From contig CAVQUB010000002.1 of NCBI GenBank assembly GCA_963716725.1, positions 32,001 to 96,000 of the forward strand: a stretch of DNA of 64,000 bases. The letters are read 5' to 3'. The notes beneath the pieces were generated by a model that had not been told where the DNA came from, made no database searches, and was given only the letters and a program-made list of their open reading frames with translations. The position numbers were made by a program, and so were the translations under genes. Shown one piece after another: positions 9,704 through 22,467 of the stretch (position 1 is its first letter; each line of letters begins with the position of its first letter). The DNA comes from an uncultured delta proteobacterium. GTDB taxonomy: Bacteria; Myxococcota_A; Polyangia; Polyangiales; Polyangiaceae.

Positions 9704-10076
9704 GTCGGAGTGGCTCGTAAGCCGGGTTCTGTCTGCCGTCGAGGTCTCCCTCGGGCGGCGCGACGATCATTCCTCTGGGACCCGCGTTGCCGCGAGCCTC
9801 GTGCGGCCTACCCCGGGGCTCGGGCGGGCAGCCCTCGAACGCCCCTGTACATGGCCTTGCTCCGGATGGGGTTTGCCGTGCCGCGACCGTTACCGGCCGC
9901 GCGGTGGGCTCTTACCCCACCGTTTCACCCTTGCCCGGACGATGCCGGGCGGTCTGCTTTTCTGTGGCACTTTCCTCGAGGTCACCCTCACCGGGCGTTA
10001 CCCGGCATCCTGCCCTATGGAGCCCGGACTTTCCTCCCGGGCCAGAGGCCCGAGCGATCGTCAGTTCCACTCCGAC
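9704..10076 (-). ncRNA. rnpB: RNase P RNA (bacterial class A)
   Basis: The minus strand carries GAGGAAAGTCCGGGCTCC, GGAAAGTGCCACAGAAA, GGGTGAAACGGTGGGGTAAGAGCCCACCG, GGCAAACCCC...GAGCAAGGCC and ACAGAACCCGGCTTA. P1 pairing GTCGGAGTGG/CCACTCCGAC closes the ends. Confidence 0.97.
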
Positions 10077-10133
10077 GGGGCAGACATACCACAGACGCGG
10101 GGCGGAGCGCGGCGATGATCCGCGCCGCGCTGG

Positions 10134-11813
10134 TCACTGCGCAGCGAACACGAAGGGGACGTTCACGGTCGTCGTGCCGCTCGAGCTGGGGAACTGCCAG
10201 GCCTTGACGCGAGCTGCGATGCAGCCGGCGAGGCCGGGGTAGCCCTTCGGATCCCCACTGGTCGACACGCTCTGTACGCTCCCGCTCGGCGCCACCACGA
10301 TGGCGACGTTCACCCGTGCGGACGTGGGAGCGTCTTTGGATCGGCCATCGAGCGCTGGCTGCCAACAGCTCCGCTTCACGCTGCCGGTGTACTTGCCCAC
10401 TGTCTTCTGGATCTCAGCGGAGTCGAGCGCCTTCCCGCTGCTTCCGCCGCTCGTCGGGGTGGAGCCGGGGCCAGTGCTGGGACCGCCACCTTGCAGCCCC
10501 GAGAGGCCGGACAGACCCGTCAGGGGTTTGTCTTCCGGTTTTTCCCCGGGCTTGCCTGCGACGGCGACCGCAGGGCCTCCGCGCACGACCTTGCCAACAC
10601 CTGCGTCGCCCTCGACGACGACCTCGCCGGACGGCTGCTGCCCGCCGGCCGTGCCGGCCACCGGCGCTTCGCCCGGCTTGGCCGGAACCTCGACGTACTT
10701 CACGACCGGCTCCGGCGGCTTTCTGCTGAACATCACGAAGCCGATCGTGAGGCCGAGCATCAGCGCGACCGCGACCGCGACCCACGCAAACACGCCGGTG
10801 CCAGCACGCCGCCGGGAGAGCACCACCTCTTCCATCTCGACTTGCGGTGGTGCGCTGCTCGGCGCGGCACCCACTCGAGCCGGCACCGGCAGGGTGTTGG
10901 CCGAAAAGACATCAGGAACTGGCTGCGACGGACGCAGCATCTCCTGGAATGGATCGTTCGCGACGACCGGAGTGCCCCCAGGCAAAGCGAAGGGATCGTA
11001 GACCTCCGGGCGCGGTTGCGGCGGCGGTGCAGCTTGGAGGCTCGCCGCCGCGCTCAGTGGGTTGAGCGACGCGCGGGCGCTCGAGAAGCCTTCCTCGACG
11101 ATGGCGACGAGTTCGGGGAAGTTGGCGAGCGGCAGCCACTGCTCGAAACCCTCGCGCCACACTAGGGACTCGCCGGAAATCGAGCCTGAGGTCGCCTTCG
11201 AGCGCAGCTCGCTCAAGCGGATGGGACCCACCGGCACACCGTTGATGCCGACGTACCACTCGTCGGTGACCTCGAGGGATGCGGCGAAGGTGTTCGACTC
11301 GGGACCGGCCACGCTCTCGGTGAAGGCCGACGACAGCGCACCCGCACCCGCGATCACGGTGCGTTCGTCCTCGTCGCGCTGAACGCGCGGAGGTTCGGCT
11401 CGGAACGCTTGGTGCTGCCCCGACGAGCCGTTGCCATTCTTTGGTGACTGCGGCGCTGGCACCGGTCGCACCACCGCCGCGCTCGGAGTTGTTGCGAATG
11501 CCGCCAGCCGACCGGGCGGGGCGACAGGAGCACCGCCGCCGCGCACCGCGCGCGATGGGGGCCGGGGCGGCGGCGCGGTTCGAGGAGCGCTTGCACCGAC
11601 TCGGTGAGGTGCTGGCGGCGCCTGTTCGTGACTCTCCGAATCGTGAGGTGGCGACACGCCCGCCAGCTGCTGCGAGACGGATCCGTCCGTCACCGCTTTG
11701 CCGATACTGATGAGGTATCCGCACTTGCGGCACTTCATCCGCACCGATCGGCCAGCGACTTTCTCGTCGCCGATCTGGTACTTCGCCTTGCAGGACGGGC
11801 AGAGGAACTTCAT
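10134..11813 (-). CDS. gltJ: GltJ/AgmX-like gliding protein: zinc ribbon + GYF_2 + TM + TonB-C-like domain
   Basis: CPSCKAKYQIGDEKV...KCRKCG; GYF_2 WYVGINGVPVGPI...SLVWREGFEQWLPL; one TM; C-terminal CIAARVKAWQFP...VPFVF. Confidence 0.78.
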   Translation of the reverse strand: MKFLCPSCKAKYQIGDEKVAGRSVRMKCRKCGYLISIGKAVTDGSVSQQLAGVSPPHDSESHEQAPPAPHRVGASAPRTAPPPRPPSRAVRGGGAPVAPPGRLAAFATTPSAAVVRPVPAPQSPKNGNGSSGQHQAFRAEPPRVQRDEDERTVIAGAGALSSAFTESVAGPESNTFAASLEVTDEWYVGINGVPVGPIRLSELRSKATSGSISGESLVWREGFEQWLPLANFPELVAIVEEGFSSARASLNPLSAAASLQAAPPPQPRPEVYDPFALPGGTPVVANDPFQEMLRPSQPVPDVFSANTLPVPARVGAAPSSAPPQVEMEEVVLSRRRAGTGVFAWVAVAVALMLGLTIGFVMFSRKPPEPVVKYVEVPAKPGEAPVAGTAGGQQPSGEVVVEGDAGVGKVVRGGPAVAVAGKPGEKPEDKPLTGLSGLSGLQGGGPSTGPGSTPTSGGSSGKALDSAEIQKTVGKYTGSVKRSCWQPALDGRSKDAPTSARVNVAIVVAPSGSVQSVSTSGDPKGYPGLAGCIAARVKAWQFPSSSGTTTVNVPFVFAAQ

Positions 11814-11882
11814 GGGGGGCCGCCGACCGGCCTCAGGTGGTGGACAGGATAGCTCGGGGCTCCTTGGGGCGCGAAAACACTT

Positions 11883-13376
11883 TTACAGGAGATTGAGCAG
11901 GTGCTCCTTGATTGTCATCCGAGTCGCTTCGTCGGGCGCCAACTTCAGGCCCAGTTCCCACATTTCCGTGGCTTTATTCCGGAACCCGGCCTTCTGGTAC
12001 AGGATAGCCAGGTTCTTTACCGCCGGAAAATGGTTGGCGTTGATGTCCACCGCGGTCTCGAGCTCGGCGATGGCCTCATACACCTGCCCCTGCTTGCCAT
12101 ACAGCAGACCCAGGTGGAAATGCAGCCGATAGGCCAGCGGGTCGATGGCGATCCCCTGCCGCAGATGGTCGATGGCCACCTCGACCTGGCCCGCCTGGTA
12201 GGCCCGGACGCCGGCCTCCAGGTGCCGCTCGGCCTCCGCCGAGGCCTCCTGCCGCACCTCCGGTCGGGCCGGCGCGCTCTGCGCGAGGGCCAGCTCCACC
12301 CCGCGCAGCACGTCGGCGATTCGAAATGGCTTCTCGAGGTAGAAGTCCACCCCGCAGCTCTGCTTGAGGTCCTCGGCGTAGCGCCAGCCGCGGTACACGG
12401 CGCTGATCATGATGATGGGGATGTGGCCGTAGCGAGCGCTCCCCTTGATGCGCCGCGCGATGTCGAAGCCGTGCACCTCCGGCAGCATCGCGTCCAAGAT
12501 GAGTAGATCGGGCGTCTCCTCTTTGACCATGCGGAGCGCGAGCAGGCCTCGATCAGCCTCGAGCACGCGGTAGCCGTGGCTGGTGAGCAGGCGCCTGAGC
12601 ATCTTGCGGATGTCGGCCTCGTCGTCGATGATCAAGACCGTCTTGGCACCCGCCGGCGAGGACGGCGGCACCGAGTCGGCGGCCTCCCGGGGCAGCTTGG
12701 CCATCACGCTGAGATCCGGGCTGGTCTCGCCGAACTCGGTGTCTTCGATCTGGTCGCCCCGCGAGATGCGGCCCACCTGATCGTCGACCACGACTCCGGG
12801 CGCGGTCAGCGGCGAGAATGTCTCGTCGGGCGGCGGGATGCTCGCCGCTTGCGGTGGGATGCTGCCGGCGTGCGCGAGATCCTCGATGCCGAACTTCTTG
12901 AGCACCTCGGGCGGACAGCGCGGCCCAATGTAGAAGGCCTCGCCCGCCGCCTTCTTGGTGTAGGCCTCCTGAATCGCCCTGGAGAGGGCGTTCTCGAGGG
13001 CGACGTAGGGGTACGCCTTCTTGCCCGTCACGAACTCCAGCTCGTCGAGCACCGTGCGCTCGCGAGGGTTCGCCATCGCGATGAAGAGGCGGTCCTCCCG
13101 GACCAGCACCGGCAAGATCAGGTGCTTTTCGGCGATCTCCCGGGGCAAAAGCTCGAGATCCTCGAGGCGCAGGCAGATTTGGGCGATGTCGATGCCCGGA
13201 ATGCCCTGTTGCTCGCTCAGGGCCTTCAACGCAGCGATGTCGCTGATCGTGCCGGCCTCGGCGAGGCGGGATGCGAGTCGGCCCCCGCCCTCGTGCAGAG
13301 CCGTCTCCAGCTGATCTGCGGTGAGCGCTCGCTGTTGGAGCAAGATTCGACCGATTTGCTTCTTGCCCTGGCTCAT
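11883..13376 (-). CDS. Response regulator with N-terminal MshEN/GSPII_E_N domain, receiver domain and C-terminal TPRs
   Basis: QIGRILL...QLETAL and RLASRLAEAGTIS...LKALSEQ; LFIAMANP; receiver VLIIDDE...DLLILDAMLP...EKPF; TPR helices at the C-terminus. Confidence 0.82.
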   Translation of the reverse strand: MSQGKKQIGRILLQQRALTADQLETALHEGGGRLASRLAEAGTISDIAALKALSEQQGIPGIDIAQICLRLEDLELLPREIAEKHLILPVLVREDRLFIAMANPRERTVLDELEFVTGKKAYPYVALENALSRAIQEAYTKKAAGEAFYIGPRCPPEVLKKFGIEDLAHAGSIPPQAASIPPPDETFSPLTAPGVVVDDQVGRISRGDQIEDTEFGETSPDLSVMAKLPREAADSVPPSSPAGAKTVLIIDDEADIRKMLRRLLTSHGYRVLEADRGLLALRMVKEETPDLLILDAMLPEVHGFDIARRIKGSARYGHIPIIMISAVYRGWRYAEDLKQSCGVDFYLEKPFRIADVLRGVELALAQSAPARPEVRQEASAEAERHLEAGVRAYQAGQVEVAIDHLRQGIAIDPLAYRLHFHLGLLYGKQGQVYEAIAELETAVDINANHFPAVKNLAILYQKAGFRNKATEMWELGLKLAPDEATRMTIKEHLLNLL

Positions 13377-13529
13377 CCGCGACCTGTCAGCATATATGCC
13401 ACCAAAACCCACGGGAGCGACAACTTTGGGCAGAGGCCGGAACCCAACCCGTCCAGGCGATCTCGCGAAACCCTGGCAGCAGCCCGGCGGGGCGGCTAGC
13501 CTCCCGGGGGCGCGGGGCGGATAGCGAAA

Positions 13530-14960
<1,431 letters not shown>

Positions 14961-15004
14961 TCGTCGGGCCGTTGCTCGTCGCCCCCGACCGCTGACGGAA
15001 GTCC

Positions 15005-16059
15005 GTGCGCACCGCCCTCTTGGACTACGCTCTGCCGACAGAGCTCATCGCGACCGTCCCGCTCGCCGAGCGTGACCACGGGCGGCTGCTCGTGCTCGCG
15101 CCGAGCGAGCTCGGGCACTCCAGCATTTGCAATCTTCCCGAGCTGTTGCCAAAAGGCGCGCTGGTGGTGCTGAACGATACTCGGGTATTCCGGGCGCGCC
15201 TGGTCGGAACGCGCCCGGGCGGCGGGCGCGCCGAGCTGCTCTTGCTCCGCCGGCTGGGGCCCGCCGGCGCGGTCGAACGCTGGACGGCCCTCGGCAAACC
15301 CGCCAAGCGGCTCCGGCCGGGCATGCAACTTGGCTTCGGAGCGCTCGGGGTCGAGGTCCGGGCACGGGATGCCGCCGGCGGGCTCGAGCTGGAGCTGCGC
15401 GCGGACGACTCGGTGGACGCCACCCTGGAGCGCGTGGGTCGCGTGCCCATCCCTCCTTACCTCGGGCGTGACGACGAGCCCCTCGACGCGGCTCGCTATC
15501 AGACGGTGTTCGCTCGGCGGACGGGCTCGGTTGCCGCCCCGACGGCAGGGCTGCACCTATCCCACGCGCTGCTCGAGCGATTTCGTGAGCGGGGGGTCGA
15601 GACCGCGCAGGTGACGCTGCACGTCGGCCCCGGGACCTTCAAGCCCGTGTCCGCCGACGACTTGGACCACCACGACATGCACAGCGAACAGGTCGAAGTG
15701 GGCCCCGACGTGGTCCGGGCCATCGGGCGGGCGCGGGAGCGGGGCGTTCCCGTCGTCGCCATCGGCACGACGGTGGTCCGCGCCCTCGAAAGCGCTCGCG
15801 ATCCCCGGCGGCCGGGTCACGTCCGCGAGCTCTTCGACGACACTCGGCTGCTGATCCAGCCTGGATATCGCTTCGGCGTCGTCGACGCGCTGCTCACGAA
15901 TTTCCACATGCCAAGGAGCACGTTGCTCGCCCTCGTCGCCGCGTTCGCGGGCCTCGAGCGCACCCAGGAGGCGTACCGGGCAGCGATCGTTCACCGGTAC
16001 CGTTTCTTGTCGTACGGTGACGCGATGTGGATCCCTTCTCGGCTGGAGCCCATCGAGCC

Positions 16060-16063
<4 letters not shown>
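15005..16063 (+). CDS. queA: S-adenosylmethionine:tRNA ribosyltransferase-isomerase
   Basis: VLNDTRV, IPPY, RYQTVFA, GSVAAPTAGLH, TLHVGPGTF, IGTTVVRALE, TNFHMPRSTL, YRFLSYGDAM. Confidence 0.96.
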
Positions 16064-17184
<1,121 letters not shown>

Positions 17185-17202
17185 GCCGCGGATCACCGCT
17201 GC

Positions 17203-18198
17203 TCAGAAGCGGCCGGCGCTCACCAGAAAGCCGCCGCCTCGAACCGGCACTACACCCACCCGCGGGAGCTCGCGGGCGCGAGCCTTCTCCCGCTCCCGGG
17301 ACTTCCCAGGGTCGTCAGCGGGCACCTTGCGGCCAAGGTCCTTGATCAGCAGATAGGTCCCCACACCCGCCGACACGCCGGCGACTCCGATGGCGATGTT
17401 GGTGAACAGCTTGTTCTGGTTGAAGCGGTCGTACTGCTCGCGAGTGGGCTGCTCCGCGTACTTCTTCTCCGCATCGTTCACGGCGAGCCCGAAATACACG
17501 GCGCCGCCCGCTGCCACCGCGGTCAGACCGAACATGACCAAGGTCGGTGCTCGGACTCCGCCCGACTCTTGGGGACCCGCGTCCGACGTGGGAGCGGCCT
17601 CCTCCGGCTCCACCGTCGCCGGCGCGCTTTCGGTCCGCTCCGGGCCCTCGATCTCCGGCATCAGTGTCGCCAGCTCCACCGTGCGGGACACACCCGCAGT
17701 CAGATCGAGCTTGCGTTGCTTCGCTCCGTCGACGTCGATCAGAGTGACGACGTGCTCGCCGGGCTCGACGTAGACGCGGTCGCCGCCGACGAACTCGTCC
17801 TGATCCACGCGCGCGCGTAGGGTCGCCTCGCCCTTCAGCTCGACGATGGCGAGCTTGGGCGTGAGCCGCGCGAGCCGCTCGGTCGCGTCCGCTCGGTCTT
17901 GTTCGCCCGACTGCTCGAGGCCGATCACGCGCTGGAACGTACGGGCTGCCAGCGCCGCGTCGCCGGACTTCTCCCAGGCGTCTCCAGCGTTGATCAACGG
18001 AAAGGGGTGGGGCTTGAGCCGAAACGCCTCTTCGAAGGCCTTGGCGGCCTCGACGTAGCGCTTCTGCTTGAAGGCCTTCTGCCCGGCGTTGAAGAAACGG
18101 CGCGCCTCGTCCTTGCCGGCCTGCTGAGCCTGAGCGGAGGATGCCGTCGCCAGAGCGACGAAGACCGCGACGGCGATTCGAAGACGGAGGCCCATCAC
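17203..18198 (-). CDS. Secreted TPR/PEGA-type protein
   Basis: Signal peptide, TPR-like AKAFEEAFRLKPHP, PGEHVV PEGA-like motif and hydrophobic C-terminal helices; overlaps the stop of the upstream kinase. Confidence 0.7.
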   Translation of the reverse strand: MMGLRLRIAVAVFVALATASSAQAQQAGKDEARRFFNAGQKAFKQKRYVEAAKAFEEAFRLKPHPFPLINAGDAWEKSGDAALAARTFQRVIGLEQSGEQDRADATERLARLTPKLAIVELKGEATLRARVDQDEFVGGDRVYVEPGEHVVTLIDVDGAKQRKLDLTAGVSRTVELATLMPEIEGPERTESAPATVEPEEAAPTSDAGPQESGGVRAPTLVMFGLTAVAAGGAVYFGLAVNDAEKKYAEQPTREQYDRFNQNKLFTNIAIGVAGVSAGVGTYLLIKDLGRKVPADDPGKSREREKARARELPRVGVVPVRGGGFLVSAGRF

Positions 18199-19832
18199 TC
18201 GTAGGGGTTGTTCCGCGGCGGCGCCGCAGTGGTCTCTGGGGGCGGCGGCTTCGGCTTGACGTGCCCCGGGCGCCCTCCCCCGAAGTGCGGCTTGGGCGGC
18301 GACGGCGCAGCGCTGTTCAGCGAGTCGACCTGCACCGGCGCCATCGAATCGTCGGGTTTGGCGGCGACGGTCGGCTCCGGGGGTGTCGCCGCGGGCTCGG
18401 GCGGTTTCTGCTCCGCAGGCTTCGCCTGCAAGTTCACGACCGTCGTCCTTCGATGGGGTCCATAGAGCAAGAACAAGACGGCGACGAGCGCGACCGCCAG
18501 CCCGAGCACGCCGACGACCAGGCCCAGCATGCCGCCGCGCTTGACCACCACCGTCGTGCCCGAGTGACCGAAGTCCGACGGGTACATCACCTGGGATACC
18601 GCGCTGGGATTCGACGCATCTTGGGGCAGCGGGGGCTCGACGCTGGGACGCGGGTGGCTGGGATGACTGGGTACAGAAGGGCGCTCGACCAAGCCGATGG
18701 CGTTGATGCCGCTGCCTGTGCCGCCGGTGACCGCGCTGACGCCGGTGACGCTCGCGTGTTCCGGACTGGAGGCAAAGGGCACTTCGGAGAGCGGGGGCTC
18801 GACGCCCGAGCTGGCGTCGAGTTGGCGGAGCACCGTCCGGATCGCCTTGCGGCGTTGCTCGATGCGTCCCCCGATCACCTTCTTGAGCAAGTTGGCGATA
18901 CCGGCCCGTGGCACCACCACTCGCTCGGACTTCAGGAATCCGTCGAGCGTGCGCTGGAACTCTTCGGCGGTCTGGAAGCGCTTGGTCGGATCGCGCTGGA
19001 GGGCCTTGAGCGCGATTTCTTCCAGGGCCGGGGGATAACCCGCGACGATGCTGGTCGGACGCGGGATCTTGCCGGACACCACCATGTGCAGCGTTTCGGC
19101 GTCGTGCTGCCCGCGGAACAGCCGGCGCCCGGTGGTCAATTCGAAGAGCACGATGCCGAGCGCAAACACGTCGCTGCGGCGATCGATCTTCTTGGCCATC
19201 GCCTGCTCGGGAGACATGTAGCCGAACTTGCCCTTGAGCTGTCCGGCGCTCGTGACCTCCGACAAGCGGCCCATGGCCTTGGCGACGCCGAAGTCCACCA
19301 GCTTCACGGCGCCATCAACGCCGATCAAGATGTTGTGCGGCGAGACGTCGCGATGCACCACGTTGAGCAAGTTGCCCTGATCGTCTCGGAGTTCGTGGGC
19401 GGCGTGCAGCCCCGCCGCCGCGTCGGCGATGATTCGGACCGCCATCTCCGGTGGGATCGGTCGCCGCTTGCCGGCCTCGGCGATGATGGCGTGCAGCGAA
19501 TCACCCTCCACCCACTCCATGGCGATGAAGCCGACCCCGTCGTGTTCCGACGACTCGAAGACGTCGACGACGTTCGGATGGCGGATCATGCGGATGATTC
19601 GCCCCTCGTCCACGAACATCTTGGAGAACTCTTGATCGGTAGCCAGGTCCGCCAGGATCGCCTTTACCGCGACCAGGCGCTGCTCCGACGCGAGCTCTGC
19701 CCGCTCGCGCGCGACCCACACGGTGGCCATGCCGCCGCGACCGATACGCAGCAAGAGCTGGTACTTGCCCAAGCACGCTCCGCGCTGGAGGTCTTCGGGC
19801 ATCGGCCTTTCGGGTTCGACGGACGGCAACAT
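18195..19832 (-). CDS. Transmembrane Ser/Thr protein kinase
   Basis: IGRGGMATVW, VAVK, VHRDVSPHNIL, DFGVAKA, KGKFGYMSPEQ; TM near the C-terminus. Start is ATG 19832 or 19802; the longer 688-aa ORF overlaps the opposite-strand gene. Confidence 0.9.
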   Translation of the reverse strand: MLPSVEPERPMPEDLQRGACLGKYQLLLRIGRGGMATVWVARERAELASEQRLVAVKAILADLATDQEFSKMFVDEGRIIRMIRHPNVVDVFESSEHDGVGFIAMEWVEGDSLHAIIAEAGKRRPIPPEMAVRIIADAAAGLHAAHELRDDQGNLLNVVHRDVSPHNILIGVDGAVKLVDFGVAKAMGRLSEVTSAGQLKGKFGYMSPEQAMAKKIDRRSDVFALGIVLFELTTGRRLFRGQHDAETLHMVVSGKIPRPTSIVAGYPPALEEIALKALQRDPTKRFQTAEEFQRTLDGFLKSERVVVPRAGIANLLKKVIGGRIEQRRKAIRTVLRQLDASSGVEPPLSEVPFASSPEHASVTGVSAVTGGTGSGINAIGLVERPSVPSHPSHPRPSVEPPLPQDASNPSAVSQVMYPSDFGHSGTTVVVKRGGMLGLVVGVLGLAVALVAVLFLLYGPHRRTTVVNLQAKPAEQKPPEPAATPPEPTVAAKPDDSMAPVQVDSLNSAAPSPPKPHFGGGRPGHVKPKPPPPETTAAPPRNNPYE

Positions 19833-19988
19833 TCGCTGCGCAGGTGCTCCCTCGGATACGCCAGAGCATTGGGCTCCGGGCCAGACCCCAAGTCTAGCTG
19901 ATTTCCCCGGGTTCAGCTCTCTTTCGCCGGGGGCCCGGCCTTCCCGCGTTGCCCCCCACCGGGGGACGGTGGTAAGGGCGCGGCCGGC

Positions 19989-20435
19989 ATGCCTCACCTC
20001 AAAGAGCTCGCCCAAAACGGCGACAAACGCTCGCAGGTCGTCCAGGACGCCTGCCAAGTGCTCGACCTGGAGGTCAAGGACAAGTCCGGCCTCTCCGGCC
20101 TGGCCATCAAGGCTGGGTACAAGTTGGTCCAGGGAGTGAAGCCGGGCTTCGTCCGACAGGCCGTCGACGACCTGCTGGACGACTTCCTCGACGCCTTGGA
20201 CCCAATCTTTCAAGAGGCGGTTTCGTCGGGGAAAAAGCCTGGGGATTTCCTCAAGAGCCACGCCCCGCGGGTCGCGGACTCGCTCTTGTCAATCACGGAC
20301 CGGCGCGCGGAAAATGCGCAGCGCGCTGCCATCAAGAGCATGTACGACAAACTCCGACCCACCGCGAAGAAGCACGTCGAGTCGGCCACGCCTCGGCTCG
20401 CCGACCTGCTGGACAAACACGCCGGCGGCGGCTGA
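19989..20435 (+). CDS. Conserved hypothetical protein (DUF6918-like)
   Basis: SGLSGLAIKAGYK...LLSITDRRA...YDKLRPTAKKHV pattern, recalled from DUF6918 proteins. Confidence 0.6.
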   Translation: MPHLKELAQNGDKRSQVVQDACQVLDLEVKDKSGLSGLAIKAGYKLVQGVKPGFVRQAVDDLLDDFLDALDPIFQEAVSSGKKPGDFLKSHAPRVADSLLSITDRRAENAQRAAIKSMYDKLRPTAKKHVESATPRLADLLDKHAGGG

Positions 20436-20452
20436 ACGCTGCCCGACTCATC

Positions 20453-20492
20453 GCGTCACTTGACAAGTCCGCCGCGGGAGCGCAAGTGACGC
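20453..20492. promoter_or_regulatory. Inverted repeat overlapping a TTGACA element upstream of korAB
   Basis: GCGTCACTTG-N20-CAAGTGACGC, with TTGACA at 20460-20465. Confidence 0.45.
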
Positions 20493-20593
20493 CGGTGTCA
20501 GTCGCCGGTTCGCGCGAAGAATGGCGCGGCTCATGCGATCAGACCTGAGCGCGCACGCCAGGACGCGCGCACGAGAAAGCGAGTACGACGAGG

Positions 20594-22465
20594 ATGGCAC
20601 AAGTGGGACAACCGGTGCCCGACGGTTCCGCCGCTGGGAAGGTCAAGACGCTGCCCGGCGCGGTGGTCCGCTTCGCGGGAGACTCCGGCGACGGCATGCA
20701 GGTGACCGGCGCCCAGTTCACGGTGGCGGCGGCCCTCGCCGGCAACGACCTCGCTACCTTTCCCGATTACCCGGCTGAGATCCGCGCTCCCGCAGGCACG
20801 ACCTACGGAGTGTCCGGATTCCAGATCAACTTCGCCGCGCGAGACGTGTTCACCCCGGGTGATGCCCCCGACGTGCTCGTCGCGATGAACCCGGCGGCGT
20901 TCAAGACCAATATCAAGGACCTCAAGCGCGGCGGGCTCCTGATCGTCAACACCGGCGCCTTCACGCAGCAGAACCTGAAGAAGGCGGGCTACGAGGCGAA
21001 CCCCCTCGAGGGCGACCTCGTCGACGGCTACTCGCTCTTGGCCATCGACATCACGAAGGCCACGCTGGCGGCGGTCAAAGAGACGGGCATCAGCACCAAA
21101 GAGGCGAATCGCTGCAAGAACTTCTGGACCCTGGGTCTGATGTTCTGGGTCTACGGACGCGAGCTGGAATCGACGATCAAGTGGATCGATTCCAAGTTCA
21201 GGAGCGAGCCCATGGTCGCCCAGGCCAACATCCTCGCGCTCAAGAGCGGCTGGGCCTACGGTGAAACCACCGAGGCCTCGCACTTTCGCTACGACGTCCC
21301 CGCGGCCCCGGTCGCCAAGGGCACCTACCGCAACATCGGCGGCAACCAGGCGACGGCCTTGGGCATCGTCGCCGCGGCGCAGCTCTCCGGAGTCGAGGTC
21401 GTCTTTGGCGCCTATCCCATCACGCCGGCGAGCGACATCCTGCACGACTTGGCGCGGCACAAGGCCTACGGCGTCACCACGGTGCAGATGGAGGACGAGA
21501 TCGCCGCGATCTGCGTCGCGGTCGGCGCCTCGTACGCTGGCAAGTTGGGCGTGACCGCGTCGAGCGGCCCCGGCATCGCGCTCAAGACCGAAGCCATGGG
21601 GCTCGCCATCGCCACGGAGCTGCCGCTGGTGATCGTCAACGTGCAGCGCGGAGGACCCAGCACCGGACTTCCCACCAAGACCGAGCAGGCCGACCTCTTG
21701 CAAGCGCTGTACGGGCGCAACGGCGAGGCGCCCATCGCGGTGCTCGCCGCGGCGTCGCCGGGAGACTGCTTCCACATGACGCTCGAGGCCGCGCGCCTGG
21801 CGGCCAAGTACATGACGCCGGTGATGCTCCTGACCGACGGCTACCTCGCCAACGGGGCCGAGCCCTGGCGCGTGCCGAGCGTGGCCGACCTGCCGAAGAT
21901 CGACATCACCTTCCGCAAGGACCCGGAGGGCTTCCAGCCCTTCCTCCGGGATCCGGAGACTCTCGCGCGGCCCTGGGCCATCCCGGGCACGCCGGGCCTC
22001 GAGCATCGCATCGGCGGCATCGAGCGCGACTACGACTCCGGACACATCTCCTACGATCCGGACAACCACGAGAAGATGAGCCTCACCCGCGCCGCCAAAA
22101 TCGCCGGCATCGCCCGGGACATCCCCGAGCAGAAGATCGAGGTCGGCACCGCCAGCGGCAAGTTGCTGGTGATCGGCTGGGGCTCGACCTACGGCGCGAT
22201 CCGCGAGGCCGTCCAGCGAAGTCGTGACCGTGGCCTCGACGTCTCGCACGCTCACATCAAGTACATCAACCCCTTCCCGCGAAACCTGGGCGACCTCCTG
22301 AAGCGCTTCGAACGCGTCTTGGTGCCCGAGATCAACCTGGGGCAACTCGTGAAGGTGCTGCGCAGCGAGTTCCTGGTGCCTGCCGAGAGCTTCCCCAAGA
22401 TCAAGGGCTTGCCCTTCAAGATCGACGAGATCGAAGACAAGATCCGCCAGCTGATGGAGAGCTGA
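20594..22465 (+). CDS. korA: 2-oxoacid:ferredoxin oxidoreductase alpha subunit (fused gamma-alpha)
   Basis: RFAGDSGDGMQ, PDYPAEIRAP, YPITPAS, QMEDEIAA, SGPGIALK, VQRGGPSTGLPTK, GWGSTYG. Confidence 0.95.
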   Translation: MAQVGQPVPDGSAAGKVKTLPGAVVRFAGDSGDGMQVTGAQFTVAAALAGNDLATFPDYPAEIRAPAGTTYGVSGFQINFAARDVFTPGDAPDVLVAMNPAAFKTNIKDLKRGGLLIVNTGAFTQQNLKKAGYEANPLEGDLVDGYSLLAIDITKATLAAVKETGISTKEANRCKNFWTLGLMFWVYGRELESTIKWIDSKFRSEPMVAQANILALKSGWAYGETTEASHFRYDVPAAPVAKGTYRNIGGNQATALGIVAAAQLSGVEVVFGAYPITPASDILHDLARHKAYGVTTVQMEDEIAAICVAVGASYAGKLGVTASSGPGIALKTEAMGLAIATELPLVIVNVQRGGPSTGLPTKTEQADLLQALYGRNGEAPIAVLAAASPGDCFHMTLEAARLAAKYMTPVMLLTDGYLANGAEPWRVPSVADLPKIDITFRKDPEGFQPFLRDPETLARPWAIPGTPGLEHRIGGIERDYDSGHISYDPDNHEKMSLTRAAKIAGIARDIPEQKIEVGTASGKLLVIGWGSTYGAIREAVQRSRDRGLDVSHAHIKYINPFPRNLGDLLKRFERVLVPEINLGQLVKVLRSEFLVPAESFPKIKGLPFKIDEIEDKIRQLMES

Positions 22466-22467
22466 CC

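Noticed and set aside
9701..10242. Plus-strand ORFs of 105-168 aa
   Set aside because: They lie antisense to the RNase P RNA gene and have no protein-like features.
19833..20261. N-terminal extension of the 688-aa kinase ORF
   Set aside because: Antisense to the 19989-20435 gene; kinase homology starts near 19800.
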